From Eledone cirrhosa (Eukaryota), in assembly GCA_964016885.1 (NCBI GenBank), contig OZ024761.1:8184001-8248000 (forward strand): DNA of 64,000 nt. The letters are read 5' to 3'. Both the position numbers and the translations under genes were made by a program. The notes beneath the pieces are model-generated. The model did no database searches, was not told the DNA's origin, and saw only the letters and a program-made list of their open reading frames with translations. Below, in pieces: positions 13,012 to 26,859 of this stretch (the stretch's first letter is position 1; every line of letters starts with the position of its first letter).

Positions 13012-14326
13012 TAAAGTAAAGTTATGTTGGTCCCACAACATCCAGGCCGAAACAAATAAGATCGTGTAGGTGTCACGACAAAAAACACACAGTCCACGCT
13101 GTAAATGTAGCCGTGTAGGCAACACGGTAAAAACCTCCCAGCCCCACACTGTAAATGTGGTTGGTGTTAGGAAGGGCATCCAGCTGTAGAAAACCCGCCA
13201 GACAGTCCACGCTGTAATGTGGCCGTGTAGGCAACACGGTAAAAACCTCCCAGCCCCACACTGTAAATGTGGTTGGTGTTAGGAAGGGCATCCAACTGTA
13301 GAAAACCCGCCAGACAGTCCACGCTGTAAATGTGGCCGTGTAGGCAACACGGTAAAAACCTCCCAGCCCCACACTGTAAATGTGGTTGGTGTTAGGAAGG
13401 GCATCCAGCTGTAGAAAACCCGCCAGACAGTCCATGCTGTAATGTGGCCGTGTAGGCAACACGGTAAAAACCTCCCAGCCCCACACTGTAAATGTGGTTG
13501 GTGTTAGGAAGGGCATCCAGCTGTAGAAAACCCGCCAGACAGTCCACGCTGTAATGTGGCTGTGTAGGCAACACGGTAAAAACCTCCCAGCCCCACACTG
13601 TAAATGTGGTTGGTGTTAGGAAGGGCATCCAGCTGTAGAAAACCCGCCAGACAGTCCACGCTGTAATGTGGCTGTGTAGGCAACACGGTAAAAACCTCCC
13701 AGTCCCACACTGTAAATGTGGTTGGTGTTAGGAAGGGCATCCAACTGTAGAAAACCCGCCAGACAGTCCACGCTGTAATGTGGCCGTGTAGGCAACACGG
13801 TAAAAACCTCCCAGCCCCACACTGTAAATGTGGTTGGTGTTAGGAAGGGCATCCAACTGTAGAAAACCCGCCAGACAGTCCACGCTGTAATGTGGCTGTG
13901 TAGGCAACACGGTAAAAACCTCCCAGTCCCACACTGTAAATGTGGTTGGTGTTAGGAAGGGCATCCAACTGTAGAAAACCCGCCAGACAGTCCACGCTGT
14001 AATGTGGCCGTGTAGGCAACACGGTAAAAACCTCCCAGCCCCACACTGTAAATGTGGTTGGTGTTAGGAAGGGCATCCAGCTGTAGAAAACCCGCCAGAC
14101 AGTCCACGCTGTAATGTGGCCGTGTAGGCAACACGGTAAAAACCTCCCAGCCCCACACTGTAAATGTGGTTGGTGTTAGGAAGGGCATCCAACTGTAGAA
14201 AACCCGCCAGACAGTCCTATGCGAGCAAGACAACCACTCTTGCCTCAAGTGGGAAAACCCCCGTCCAAACCCATGCAAGCGTGGAACACGGACGCTAAAC
14301 CTGATGATGATGATGATGATGATGAT
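13012..14326 (+). mobile_element. RTE family-2 3' UTR fragment with about 10 tandem 112-bp units
   Basis: 112-bp periodicity; ends ccaaacccatgcaagcgtggaacacggacg(atg)n as at 36.1 kb. Confidence 0.9.
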
Positions 14327-14518
14327 AAACGGAAAAAATGAAACAAAATTTCATTTCCCACTCTTAGTACGGCTGTTACTTAAATATAAGTATTATACAC
14401 GTATATACATATATGTATACAGACGTACAGTAGTATGTATATATATATACATACATGCACACATATATATATGTACGTATGGATTCACCGAACATTTATT
14501 ATAATGCTCGGTGTGTTT

Positions 14519-14565
<47 letters not shown>

Positions 14566-14580
14566 CATATATTTATATAT

Positions 14581-15006
14581 ATATTATATATAGAGTTAGA
14601 AACTCAAAATAGTCTTTTACAATTAAATAGCTCAAAGAAGGGAATATTTCCGAGCCGTGTAATACAAATGAATATATGAGAGGGATGAACACTGATACAA
14701 GTATACATGTGTTCGTATTGCAAATGACCAAGTTAGCTAGGTTGAAAAATACTAATTTTGCCTGTCTCGATTTAAAATAATAAATCAATAAAAACAAACC
14801 TATATTGGCAATGGCTGTGATACCCGGACAAATTCAAAATTTGTTTCGCAACAACTTTGTCATTTGCAATACAAACACATGTATACTTGTATCAGTGTTC
14901 ATCCCTCTCATATATTCATTTGTATTACACAGCTCGGAAATATTCCCTTCTTTGAGCTATTTAATTGTAAAAGACTATTATGAGTTTATAACTCTATATA
15001 TAATAT
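14581..15006. mobile_element. Fold-back/MITE-like element, about 155-bp inverted arms
   Basis: 14581-14734 is the near reverse complement of 14853-15006. Confidence 0.8.
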
Positions 15007-15049
15007 TCTTGGCTCCATACATAGAGCTAATTTCAGTCCCATAAAACCA

Positions 15050-15634
15050 GCTGCTATTTTTAGCGGCACGAGTATGGGACAAGTTAGGCGCTGTGACATG
15101 TGCATTCAACAACACATTCTCTCAGTCTTCTGAAGTATTTTGAAGTGAAACCTACCAATTTCTGGATACCCGCAGAAGAGCACAGGAATAGTAACTTTCA
15201 CTTAATTGTTGTGGCAGCAAGACCCAGCGCCCTGCTATACCAGCCGAAAGACCCAAGCCTGGCTGTCAGAGAACTTCGTCAACCACACTTCACCTGACAT
15301 CTGGCCTCCCAGCTCACCTGACTGCAACCCCCTCGACTTCTTTGTGTGGGGCGCAGTGGAACGAGACACCAACAGATCAAGCTGCAATACGAAAGACGAT
15401 CGGAAGGCAAGGATAGGGGCCTAAGTCGGGGAACAGTGACGAAGGCCTGTAGCCGGTTCCGAAGCCGCCTTGAGGCCGTCATCAAAGCCAATGGCGGGTT
15501 TATCGAGTGAGATCGAAAGAACAAGTCATGAAGACAAACTGACCCAAGTTTGATAAATATATCTTAAAAAATAAAACTACTGTGTTATTTTTTCCTAGAC
15601 AGTAATCTTGCGAACAAATATCGTCCGCACCCTG
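15050..15634 (+). mobile_element. Tc1/mariner-superfamily transposase remnant with right TIR
   Basis: WQQDPAPCYTSRKTQAWL...WPPSSPDCNPLDFFVWG; terminal gcaccctg|ta. Confidence 0.85.
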
Positions 15635-15636
15635 TA

Positions 15637-16057
15637 TCATCATCATAATCATCATCGTTTAACGTCCATCTTCCACGCTAGCATGGGTTAGACGGGAGTT
15701 GTGCCACTTGAGGCAAGGTTGGTCGGGTGACCGAGTCTCGCTCATATAGGACTATCTGGCAGGCTTTCTACGGCTGGATGCCCTTCCTAACACCAACCAC
15801 ATTTACAGTGTGGGACTGGGAACTTTTTAACACGATACCTACATGGACACATTACAGCGTGGACTGTGTGTTTTTTTCTCTCGTGACACCTACACGATCT
15901 CGATCTCATTATCTCATTTATTTGGACTGGATGTTGTGGTACCAACTTTACAGGGAGAGGGTGGTGTTGGTGGGAGGATAGGGTAGGGGTAGTGGATTGG
16001 GGTGTATATTTGGTTAGGAGGTGCCTACTGACTGTAGATTTCGCTTTGTACATAGGC
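15637..16057 (-). mobile_element. RTE family-2 3' end fragment
   Basis: Homologous to 36065-36430; (cat)n tail at left. Confidence 0.85.
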
Positions 16058-16941
<884 letters not shown>

Positions 16942-17407
16942 GGAGGTGAGTTTTATTGTAGTACAATAAAGCAATGCAGATATCGGATAAGAAGCACTCT
17001 ACAGTTTGTGGGACATATATATATATATGCATATATATATATACATGTATAGAGAGAGAAAATTTACCATAACGTTAAGTAAAGACTGTGTAAAAGCACC
17101 ATAAAGTGGTCGTGTATGTGTCAGGACAAAAAGCACCCAGTACACACTATGAGGCTGGTATTAGGAAGGGCATCCAGCTGTAGAAACCAATCCCAAATCA
17201 GTTTTGTATGAGCAAGGCAAAGATAAAAACAAAATTAATAAGAAGAGGGAAGGGGTAAAGAAGGGCAGGTCTGACTGTTAGGGAAAGTAGAGGAAAGGAC
17301 TATAAATACTGTAAATGGGGGGGAAAAGGTTGGTAAAGGCAAGGATTCTAGGGTCACAGAAGAAAAGGAGGGGGAAAGGGTGTAGGGCTCTGGGCCTAGG
17401 GTGGGCT

Positions 17408-17757
17408 TATAGAGTGGATATAACATGGATGGGGGGGGGGGTAGAGTGGATATAACATGGCAGGGTAGAGTGGATATAACATGGGAGGGTAGAGTAGATA
17501 TAACGGGGGGGAGGGGAGTGGATATAACATGGGGGGGGGGGGGTAGAGTGGATATAACATGGGGGGGGGGGGGGGTAGAGTGGATATAACATGGCAGGGC
17601 AGAGTGGATATAACATGGGGGCTAGAGTGGATATAACATGGCAGGGCACAGTGGATATAACATGGGGGTAGTGTGAATATAACCCGGGGGGGGGGGGGGT
17701 AGAGTAGATATAACATGGGGGTAGTGGATATAACATGGGGGGGGGGGGAGTAGAGTG
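17408..17757. repeat. G-rich minisatellite (tagagtggatataacatg(g)n) abutting an exon donor
   Basis: About 12 units with G-runs up to about 15. Confidence 0.9.
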
Positions 17758-17771
17758 AATGACCATCTTAC

Positions 17772-17895
17772 CTCCATGAAGTAGAAAATAGCAGTATCGT
17801 TGTGTAAAATGTCAGCAAGGTAAACCTTACCACTGGTTAGAACATCAATCTGGTGTTTACAGTGGAACACACTGTGGAGAAAGTCGCCATAGTGT
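17772..17895 (-). CDS. AKAP10: AKAP10-like exon (HYGDFLHSVFHCKHQIDVLTSGKVYLADILHNDTAIFYFME)
   Basis: Resembles CKYQIEVLTSGTVYLADIL; ttacag acceptor, gtaaga donor, phase 2-0. Confidence 0.95.
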
Positions 17896-17939
17896 CTGTA
17901 ATAGAATGTCTTAGGATGGTGAAACCACATATATAAATA

Positions 17940-18259
17940 CAGTCTACCCCCAGTTATTCACAGAATTTTCATTAGAACCTAACTAAATATTGTCCGTGGA
18001 AACGACTGCATCTTCGCACAATCGTAAATATCTTCGTGATTTTTTTATGGCTTTTTCGTGGCAATATATATTTTTCCACGCTTTTTAACGCTAAATTAAC
18101 AACAACAACAACAACAACATACCGTATTTGCCGACCTATATTTTACGTTATGTTTTGACATTTATAGACATTTCAATGGACCACGTCCAATATTCGTGGT
18201 TTTTTACTCTTTGTGGGTGCTCCAGGTATGTAACCCCCATGAATACAGGGGACAACTAA
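17940..18259. mobile_element. Tigger/pogo-like MITE remnant
   Basis: ta|cagtctacccccagttattca ... tgaatacaggggacaact degenerate TIRs. Confidence 0.5.
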
Positions 18260-18413
18260 TATCCCCCCCTCCATACACATGCACACATGTATATCATGAC
18301 TTATACACTGTTCACTTTCCTGACATTTGTACATTATTCTATGTACTATACATGCACCTTTGATGAGTTGTAGTGCACCTGAACACTGTACACAATAATT
18401 TCACTATTATTTT

Positions 18414-18450
<37 letters not shown>

Positions 18451-18454
<4 letters not shown>

Positions 18455-19109
18455 TCATCATCATCATCATCAGGTTTAGCGTCCGTGTTCCACGCTTGCA
18501 TGGGTTTGGACGGGGGTTTTCCCACTTGAGGCAAGAGTGGTTGTCTTGCTCGCATAGGACTGTCTGGCGGGTTTTCTACAGCTGGAAGCCCTTCCTAACA
18601 CCAACCACATTTACAGTGTGGGGCTGGGAGGTTTTTACCGTGTTGCCTACACGGCCACATTTACAGCGTGGACTGTGTTTTATTGTCGTGACACCTACAC
18701 GATCTCATTTGTTTCGGCCTGGATGTTGTGGGACCAACATAACTTTACATTGAAAGGGGCGGTGTGGATGGGGTGGAGGTGGTGGGACGGGGGGGTGTTT
18801 TGATAGAGATGCCTACTGACTGTAGTAGGTTTTTACTTTGTATTTAGGTAAGGCGGGTCTTCTCTATTACTGAGTACCGCCAAAGGTCTCGGTCCAGTGA
18901 CATTGTCTTGGAGAGGTGTAAGCGTGTGAGGTCGGAATTTATCAGCTCGTCCCATGTTTTTCTGGGTCTGCCTACTCCGTGGCTACCGTCTATCTTTATT
19001 GCCCTGCACTTTGTTATACAGCTGTTGTCTTTCATGCGCATCACGTGACAGTACCAACGTAGCCTTCTCTCGAGTAAACAACATCTGATCCCTCTTATTT
19101 CTAATTTTT

Positions 19110-19110
<1 letters not shown>
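18451..19110 (-). mobile_element. 5'-truncated RTE family-2 copy
   Basis: KKLEIRGIRCCLLERRLRWY...GRPRKTW...EKTRLT* plus 3' UTR and tail. Confidence 0.9.
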
Positions 19111-19158
<48 letters not shown>

Positions 19159-19161
<3 letters not shown>

Positions 19162-19492
19162 CACATGGCTTAGTGGTTAGAGAATTGGCCTTGCAATCGA
19201 AAGGTTGTGAGTTCAATTCTCAGACCGGGTGATGTGTTGTTTCCTTGAGCAAGACACTTTATTTCACATTGCTCCAGTTTACTCAGCTGTAGAAATGAGA
19301 TGATAGGGACTGGGGTCCCTATCATCCCACTGCAAAGTGGTCGTGGAGGTGCCACGGCAAAAAAGCATCCAGCACTCACTGTAAATGAGGTTGGTGTTAG
19401 GAAGGGCATCCAGCTGTAGAAATCAAGCCAGAATCAGTTCCCGTCCCACCCTTGCAAGCAGGGAAAAGCGGACGTAAAATGAAATGAAATGA
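19159..19492 (+). mobile_element. tRNA-head SINE family A with RTE family-1 tail
   Basis: ggcttagtgg A-box, gagttcaattc B-box, tail cccgtcccacccttgcaagcagggaaaagcggacgtaaaatga. Confidence 0.9.
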
Positions 19493-19912
19493 TATACATA
19501 TATATTATCATCATCATCATCATCATTTAAAGTCTACTTTTCCTGCTAGCAAGAGTTGGACAGGTCTACATATACCAATTCAGTACTAAAGTGAGGTTAC
19601 TGGCCTCCCAGACAAACTGAGTGGTCAGCATCTTACTTACGTATGGTCATACGTTCTATCAAGTGCATAGGAGAAGGTGTTGTGTCTTTTGATACAAACT
19701 GAAGGGGCCTTGTATTAGAATAATGTGTTGTGGTGGTGAAACTATAAATATACTTGATAGGAAGTTAGCATAGTATCTGTAATAGAATAATGAGTCTATG
19801 GTAAATGACACTTGTCCAATATACCAGATACTGGGGTTGAACCAGAACCTAATGATTGCAAAGCTGACTATTTAACCATCAGCAATGCTGTGCCCAGTAC
19901 AGGGCTTACAGT

Positions 19913-20283
19913 TTAACCCTTTAGCATTCACATTACTCTATATATACTATTGTATTTTCACAGTAAAGGCTTTACCTCACATAATATCTCACATAACATT
20001 TACATTACTCTATATATACTATTGTATTTTCACAGTAAAGGCTTTACCTCACATAATATCTCACATAACATTTACATTACTCTATATATACTATTGTATT
20101 TTCACAGTAAAGGCTTTACCTCACATAATATCTCACATAATATCGAATCTATGAGATTTTGAAAGTATTTATTTTGAGAACAATACCTTAACATCAGTTT
20201 GAGTGGCTAGTTACAGCCAGTTTCAACAGAAAGAGGTAGAGAATTCTGGCCGGTTTTCACTGGTTTGAACATTAAAGGGTTAA
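19913..20283. mobile_element. TTAA-flanked (piggyBac-like) MITE with internal 72-bp tandem
   Basis: ttaa-cccttta ... taaaggg-ttaa termini. Confidence 0.8.
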
Positions 20284-20469
20284 CTCCCTGGAGTGCATAA
20301 ATGAACTAGATATACAATTGGATATATCTATAGCCACAGAAATATTGCCTTTGTACTTGGTCATAAGAAGTAGACAGAGGCACATGCGAGGAAACGAATG
20401 CCACGGGCAGCTCTGTCCATTGCCCCCCCCCCCCCCCCACCTTATCGCCAGAAGTTTCTAAGTAGTCTA

Positions 20470-20860
20470 AAGTCTGCCTCAAGCCAGGAGACACATCAGG
20501 CCGGTTCTTATCTCAGTTTCGTGGCATTAAGCAACTGAGAGTACAACACTGCCCCACCTCGCCTCTGGACAGGACACTAGTCCATTGCAACTAAAGTCTG
20601 CCTCAAGCCAGGAGGCACGTCAGGCCTGTGCTTTTCCTGGTTTCATGGTGTTAAGCGACAGAGTACGAGACTCCCCTCTGGACAGGATAACAGTCCATTG
20701 CAGGGTTAAAGCCCCAACTATTGCTGGTAGTCATTTTCAGCTCAGTATACTGGAGCATATACTGGAGTTGCTCAAGAACACAACACACAACCCAGTCTGG
20801 TAATTGAACCTACAGCATTATGATAGATCCAACACCCTTACCACAAGACCACGTCTCCAG
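20470..20860 (-). mobile_element. Diverged SINE with duplicated 3' part
   Basis: ggccggttcttatctcagtttc is the reverse complement of the tail at about 300-340. Confidence 0.55.
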
Positions 20861-20907
20861 AAGTACTTTACTCGATTATTTTAACCATTATTTACAGTGA
20901 TTGACTA

Positions 20908-21357
20908 AGGGTCGGACGCCATGCTTTCCAGCATAGTTACGTCCCTTTACGATCTGAGTTCAAATCCCGCCGAGGTTGACTTTGCCTTTCATCCTTACGG
21001 GGTCGATAAAATAAAGTACCAGTAATGCACTGGGTGATTGCTGGCCTTGTGCCTAAAGTAGAAACAATTATTATTATGGTCAGCCTTTACGGACTGAGTT
21101 CAAATCCCGCCGAGGTTGACTTTGCCTTTCGTCCTTACGGGGTCGATAAAATAAAGTACCAGTAATGCACTGGGTGATTGCTGGCCTTGTGCCTAAAGTA
21201 GAAACAATTATTATTATGGTCAGCCTTTACGGACTGAGTTCAAATCCCGCCGAGGTTGACTTTGCCTTTCGTCCTTACGGGGTCGATAAAATAAAGTACC
21301 AGTAATACACTGGGTATTTGCTGGCCTTGTGCCAAAAATAGAAACAATTATTATTAT
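20908..21357 (+). mobile_element. SINE family C with 140-bp 3' part triplicated
   Basis: ctgagttcaaatcccgccgagg...gaaacaattattatt three times. Confidence 0.85.
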
Positions 21358-21418
21358 GGCCATCTGCATTAGAACATACACATCTCATGGTAACAACAAC
21401 AACAACAACAAAACTTAC

Positions 21419-21503
21419 TCTTTCTTCATGACTTCTAAAACGTAGTCTTGACATGCCACAAAACACTCTGGATCAACTTTGCCCACTTCCTGACAGATTT
21501 TAC
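21419..21503 (-). CDS. AKAP10: AKAP10-like exon (SKICQEVGKVDPECFVACQDYVLEVMKKE)
   Basis: Resembles ICGEDGQVDPNCFVLAQ; tgtttcag acceptor, gtaagt donor, phase 1-2. Confidence 0.92.
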
Positions 21504-21647
21504 CTGAAACATACCAGTATACACATATCATACACATAGGAGAAGAAAAAAGAAGAATTAGAAAGAAGAAGAAGAAGAAAGAAGAAGAAAGGAAGAAAGA
21601 AAAAAAAAGATGAAAAGTAGAAAAAGGAAAAAGAAGGTCATACTGAC

Positions 21648-21746
21648 TGGTTGTTTCATTCCGCAGCCCATCACTAATCTTGATTGGATGGGTAGCATCA
21701 AGGGAGATATATTTCACATAGATACACACAGCATCTTTCTCTATAC
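21648..21746 (-). CDS. AKAP10: AKAP10-like exon (SIEKDAVCIYVKYISLDATHPIKISDGLRNETT)
   Basis: Resembles AKAP10 SIEQDAVNTFTKYISPDA (from memory); ctccatcag acceptor, gtcagt donor, phase 1-1. Confidence 0.92.
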
Positions 21747-24388
21747 CTGATGGAGAGAAGAGAGAAGTGTTATAGAGCATCTTTCTCTATATCTGATGGA
21801 GAGAAGAGAGAAGAGCTATAGAGTATCTTTCTCTATACCTGATGGAGAGAAGAGAGAAGTGTTATAGAGTATCTTTCTCTATATCTGATGGAGAGAAGAG
21901 AGAAAAGTTATAGAGTATCTTTCTCTATATCTGATGGAGAGAAGAGAGAAGAGTTATAGAGTATCTTTCTCTATATCTGATGGAGAGAAGAGAGAAGAGT
22001 TATAGAGTATCTTTCTCTATACCTGATGGAGAGGAGAGAGAAGAGTTATAGAGTATCTTTCTCTATACCTGATGGAGAGAAGAGTTATAGAGTATCTTTC
22101 TCTATATCTGATGGAGAGAAGAGTTATAGAGTATCTTTCTCTATATCTGATGGAGAGGAGAGAGAAGTGTTATATAGTATCTTTCTCTATATCTGATGGA
22201 GAGAAGAGTTATAGAGTATATTTCTCTATATCTGATGGAGAGAAGAGAGAAGAGTTATAGAGTATATTTCTCTATATCTGATGGAGAGGAGAGAGAAGTG
22301 TTATAGAGTATCTTTCTCTATATCGAATGGAGAGAAGATAGAAGAGTTATAGAGTATATTTCTCTATATCTGATGGAGAGAAGAGAGAAGAGTTATAGAG
22401 TATCTTTCTCTATATCTGATGGAGAGAAGAGAGAAGTGTTATAGAGTATCTTTCTCTATATCTGATGGAGAGAAGAGTTATAGAGTATTTTTCTCTATAT
22501 CTGATGGAGAGAAGAGTTATAGAGTATTTTTCTCGATATCTGATGGAGAGAAGAGTTATAGAGTATTTTTCTCTATATCTGATGGAGAGAAGAGAGAAGA
22601 GTTATAGAGTATCTTTCTCTATACCCGATGGAGAGAAGAGAGAAGAGTTATAGAGTATCTTTCTCTATACCTGATGGAGAGAAGAGAGAAGAGTTATAGA
22701 GTATCTTTCTCTATATCTGATGGAGAGAAGAGAGAAGAGTTATAGAGTATCTTTCTCTATATCTGATGGAGAGGAGAGAGAAGTGTTATAGAGTATCTTT
22801 CTCTATATCTAATGGAGAGAAGAGAGAAGAGTTATAGAGTATCTTTCTCTATACCTGATGGAGAGGAGAGAGAAGAGTTATAGAGTATCTTTCTCTATAT
22901 CGAATGGAAAGAAGATAGAAGAGTTATAGAGTATATTTCTCTATATCTGATGGAGAGAAGAGAGAAGAGTTATAGAGTATCTTTCTCTATATCTGATGGA
23001 GAGAAGAGAGAAGTGTTATAGAGTATCTTTCTCTATATCTGATGGAGAGAAGAGTTATAGAGTATTTTTCTCTATATCTGATGGAGAGAAGAGTTATAGA
23101 GTATTTTTCTCGATATCTGATGGAGAGAAGAGTTATAGAGTATTTTTCTCTATATCTGATGGAGAGAAGAGAGAAGAGTTATAGAGTATCTTTCTCTATA
23201 ACTGGAGAGAAGAGTTATAGAGTATCTTTCTCTATACCTGATGGAGAGAAGAGAGAAGAGTTATAGAGTATCTTTCTCTATATCTGATGGAGAGAAGAGA
23301 GAAGAGTTATAGAGTATCTTTCTCTATATCTGATAGAGAGACGAGTTATAGTGTATATTTCTCTATACCTGATGGAGAGAAGAGAGAAGAGTTATAGAGT
23401 ATATTTCTCTATACCTGATGGAGAGAAGAGAGAAGAGTTATAGAGTATCTTTCTCTATATCTGATGGAGAGAAGAGTTATAGAGTATATTTCTCTATATC
23501 TGATGGAGAGAAGAGAGTAGAGTTATAGAGTATATTTCTCTATACCTGATGGAGAGAAGAGAGAAGAGTTATAGAGTATATTTCTCTATATCTGATGGAG
23601 AGAAGAGTATAGAGTATCTTTCTCTATATCTGATGGAGAGAAGAGTTATAGAGTATTTTTCTCTATATCTGATGGAGAGAAGAGTTATAGAGTATTTTTC
23701 TCGATATCTGATGGAGAGAAGAGTTATAGAGTATTTTTCTCTATATCTGATGGAGAGAAGAGAGAAGAGTTATAGAGTATATTTCTATATCTGATGGAGA
23801 GAAGAGTATAGAGTATCTTTCTCTATACCTGATGGAGAGAAGAGAGAAGAGTTATAGAGTATCTTTCTCTATATCTGATGGAGAGAAGAGTTATAGAGTA
23901 TTTTTCTCTATATCTGATGGAGAGAAGAGAGAAGAGTTATAGAGTATCTTTCCCTATATCTGATGGAGAGAAGAGAGAAGAGTTATAGTGTATCTTTCTC
24001 TATATCTAATGGAGAGAAGAGTTATAGAGTATCTTTCTCTATATCTGATGGAGAGAAGAGAGAAGAGTTATAGAGCATCTTTCTCTATATCTGATGGAGA
24101 GAAGAGTTATAGAGTATCTTTCTCTATACCTGATGGAGAGAAGAGAGAAGAGTTATAGAGCATCTTTCTCTATATCTGATGGAGAGAAGAGAGCAGAGTT
24201 ATAGAGTATCTTTCTCTATACCTGATGGAGAGAAGAGAGAAGAGTTATAGAGTATCTTTCTCTATACCTGATGGAGAGAAGAGAGAAGTGTTATAGAGTA
24301 TCTTTCTCTATACCTGATGGAGAGAAGAGAGAAGTGTTATAGAGTATCTTTCTCTATACCTGATGGAGAGAAGATAGAAGAGTTATAG
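21733..24388 (-). repeat. 46/39-bp minisatellite derived from AKAP10 3' splice site and exon start
   Basis: Sense unit ctataactcttctctcttctctccatcag|(g/a)tatagagaaagat; the last copy is the true acceptor. Confidence 0.95.
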
Positions 24389-24949
24389 GAGAAGCAATAA
24401 ACTATAAGGGGAAGGAGTTATTAGTTCAAGAAGACAATAGCTGGTGGGTGTGTGTGTTATGGTGGAGGTGAAGAGGTGTTGATGTATGTATGGGTGTGTG
24501 TTTGTATGTGTGTTTATGGGAGTGTCTGTGCAAGTGTTTGTGTATGTATGGGTGAGTGTGTGTGCATGTGCATACACGTGTATGGGGATGCATGTATATG
24601 TGTGTGTGTGTGTGTGTGTAAAACAAAATCAACGAACCAAATACACACGAAAATAAACACACACACATACCATACATAATACACATACAGAAACACACTT
24701 AATACATACACACACATCATACTTAATACACGCACAAACACACACATCATATATAATGCACATACAGAAACACACACACCACATTTAATACAACACACAT
24801 AATACACACACACACACAAAATGTGATCACTGTGATATCAATGACAGTTATTCCTTGCTTTAACAAGGCCACAGATTAACTCTTAATATCCTGTACCACA
24901 AGAAACCACATCAGCAAGGCATTGTTGAAAAGAAGAAAACACTACGATA

Positions 24950-25622
24950 ACATTAAATTAAATATTAAAGTCTTTACTGTAATACTGTAAATTTTCCCAA
25001 CAATCCCTCCACCAGTAAAGATACTATAAATATTTAATACAAAACAACACTATGATTAACTACATCACATTAAATATTAAATTTGTTACTGTAATACTGT
25101 ACATTTTCCCAACAATCTGTCCACCGGTAAAGATACTATAAATATTTAATACAAAACAACACTATGATTAACTACATCACATTAAATATTAAATTTGTTA
25201 CTGTAATACTGTACATTTTCCCAACAATCTGTCCACCGGTAAAGATACTATAAATATTTAATACAAAACAACACTATGATTAACTACATCACATTAAATA
25301 TTAAATTTGTTACTGTAATACTGTACATTTTCCCAACAATCTGTCCACCGGTAAAGATACTATAAATATTTAATACAAAACAACACTATGATTAACTACA
25401 TCACATTAAATATTAAAGTCTTTATTTTAGTTTACTGTAAATGTTCACAACAATCTGTTTAGTAAAGACTTTAATATTTAATGTGATGTAGTTATAGTGT
25501 TGTTTTGTACTAAATGTTTATCGTATCTTTACTGGTGGATAGATTGGTGTTGAAATTTACAGTATTACAGTAAAGACTTTAATATTCAATGTGATGCAGT
25601 TATAGTGTTGTTTTGTACTAAA
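24950..25622. repeat. 112-bp tandem (about 4 copies) followed by about 1.5 inverted copies
   Basis: atactataaatatttaatacaaaacaacac at 112-bp spacing; reverse complement from about 25460. Confidence 0.85.
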
Positions 25623-25856
25623 TGATAGATATGGTAGACAATGATGTCACATAAAGACTTGACTAACAATGATAGCACATAAAGACATGGCAAACAATGA
25701 TATCACAGACAGTGTACATAATATGTACAGATAAATATGGTAGATAATGATACTATAGATAGATATAGTAGACAATATCACAGACAGACACTGTAGATAA
25801 TATCACATATAGCTATACAGTAGATAATATGACAGACAGAAACTTTAGAAATCTTT

Positions 25857-26793
25857 ATCATCACCGTTTCACATCAATTTTTCCACGCTAGCATGGGTTA
25901 GACGAGTTATCCTGTTGTGAGCAAATCTAAGTCAGGTGACCTTCTCTTGCTCATACAGAATTGATTTTGGCTTGGTTTCTACAGCTGGATGCTTTTCCTA
26001 ATGCCAACATTTACAGTGAGTACTGGGTGCTTTTTGTTGTGTCACCTACATGACCACTTTACAGTGTGGGCTGTGTGCTTTTTGTCATGACACCTTCATG
26101 ACCACTTTACAGTGTGGACTGGGTGCTTTTTGTTGTGGAACCTACATGACCATTTTACAGTGTGGACTGGGTGCTTTTTGTTGTGACACCTACACGACCA
26201 CTTTACAGTGGGCTGGGTGTTTATTGTTGTGACACCTACATGACCACTTTACAGTGTGGACTGGGTGTTGTTTGTCATGACACCTACACGACCACTTTAC
26301 AGTGTGGACTGGGTGTTGTTCGTTGTGACACCTCCATGACCACTTTACAGTGTGGACTGGGTGGTGTTTGTTGTGACACCTACAGGACCACTTTACAGTG
26401 TGGACTGGGTGTTGTTTGTTGTGACAGCTACATTACCACTTTACAGTGTGGACTGGGTGTTGTTTGTTGTGACACCTCCATGACCACTTTATAGTGTGGA
26501 CTGGGTATTGTTTGTTGTGACACCTCCATGACCACTTTACAGTGTGGGCTGGGTGTTGTTTGTTGTGACACCTACAGGACCACTTTACAGTGTGGACTGG
26601 GTGTTGTTTGTTGTGACAGCTACATTACCACTTTACAGTGTGGACTGGGTGTTGTTTGTTGTGACACCTCCATGACCACTTTACAGTGTGGGCTGGGTGT
26701 TGTTTGTTGTGACACCTACAGGACCACTTTACAGTGTGGACTGGGTGTTGTTTGTTGTGACACCTACATGACCACTTTACAGTGTGGACTGGG
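25857..26793 (-). mobile_element. Non-autonomous RTE-derived element with 48-bp VNTR
   Basis: RTE tail at left, ggatgcttttcctaatgcc motif, about 16 copies of gacacctacatgaccactttacagtgtggactgggtg. Confidence 0.85.
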
Positions 26794-26859
26794 CTGTAGA
26801 GAATATCGCAGAGAGATACTGTAAACAATGATATTATATAAAGGTTGTGCAGACAATGA

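Noticed and set aside
19159-19230. tRNA genes (also about 60975-61093)
   Set aside because: These are SINE heads with A/B boxes but no intact cloverleaf, and they continue into SINE bodies.
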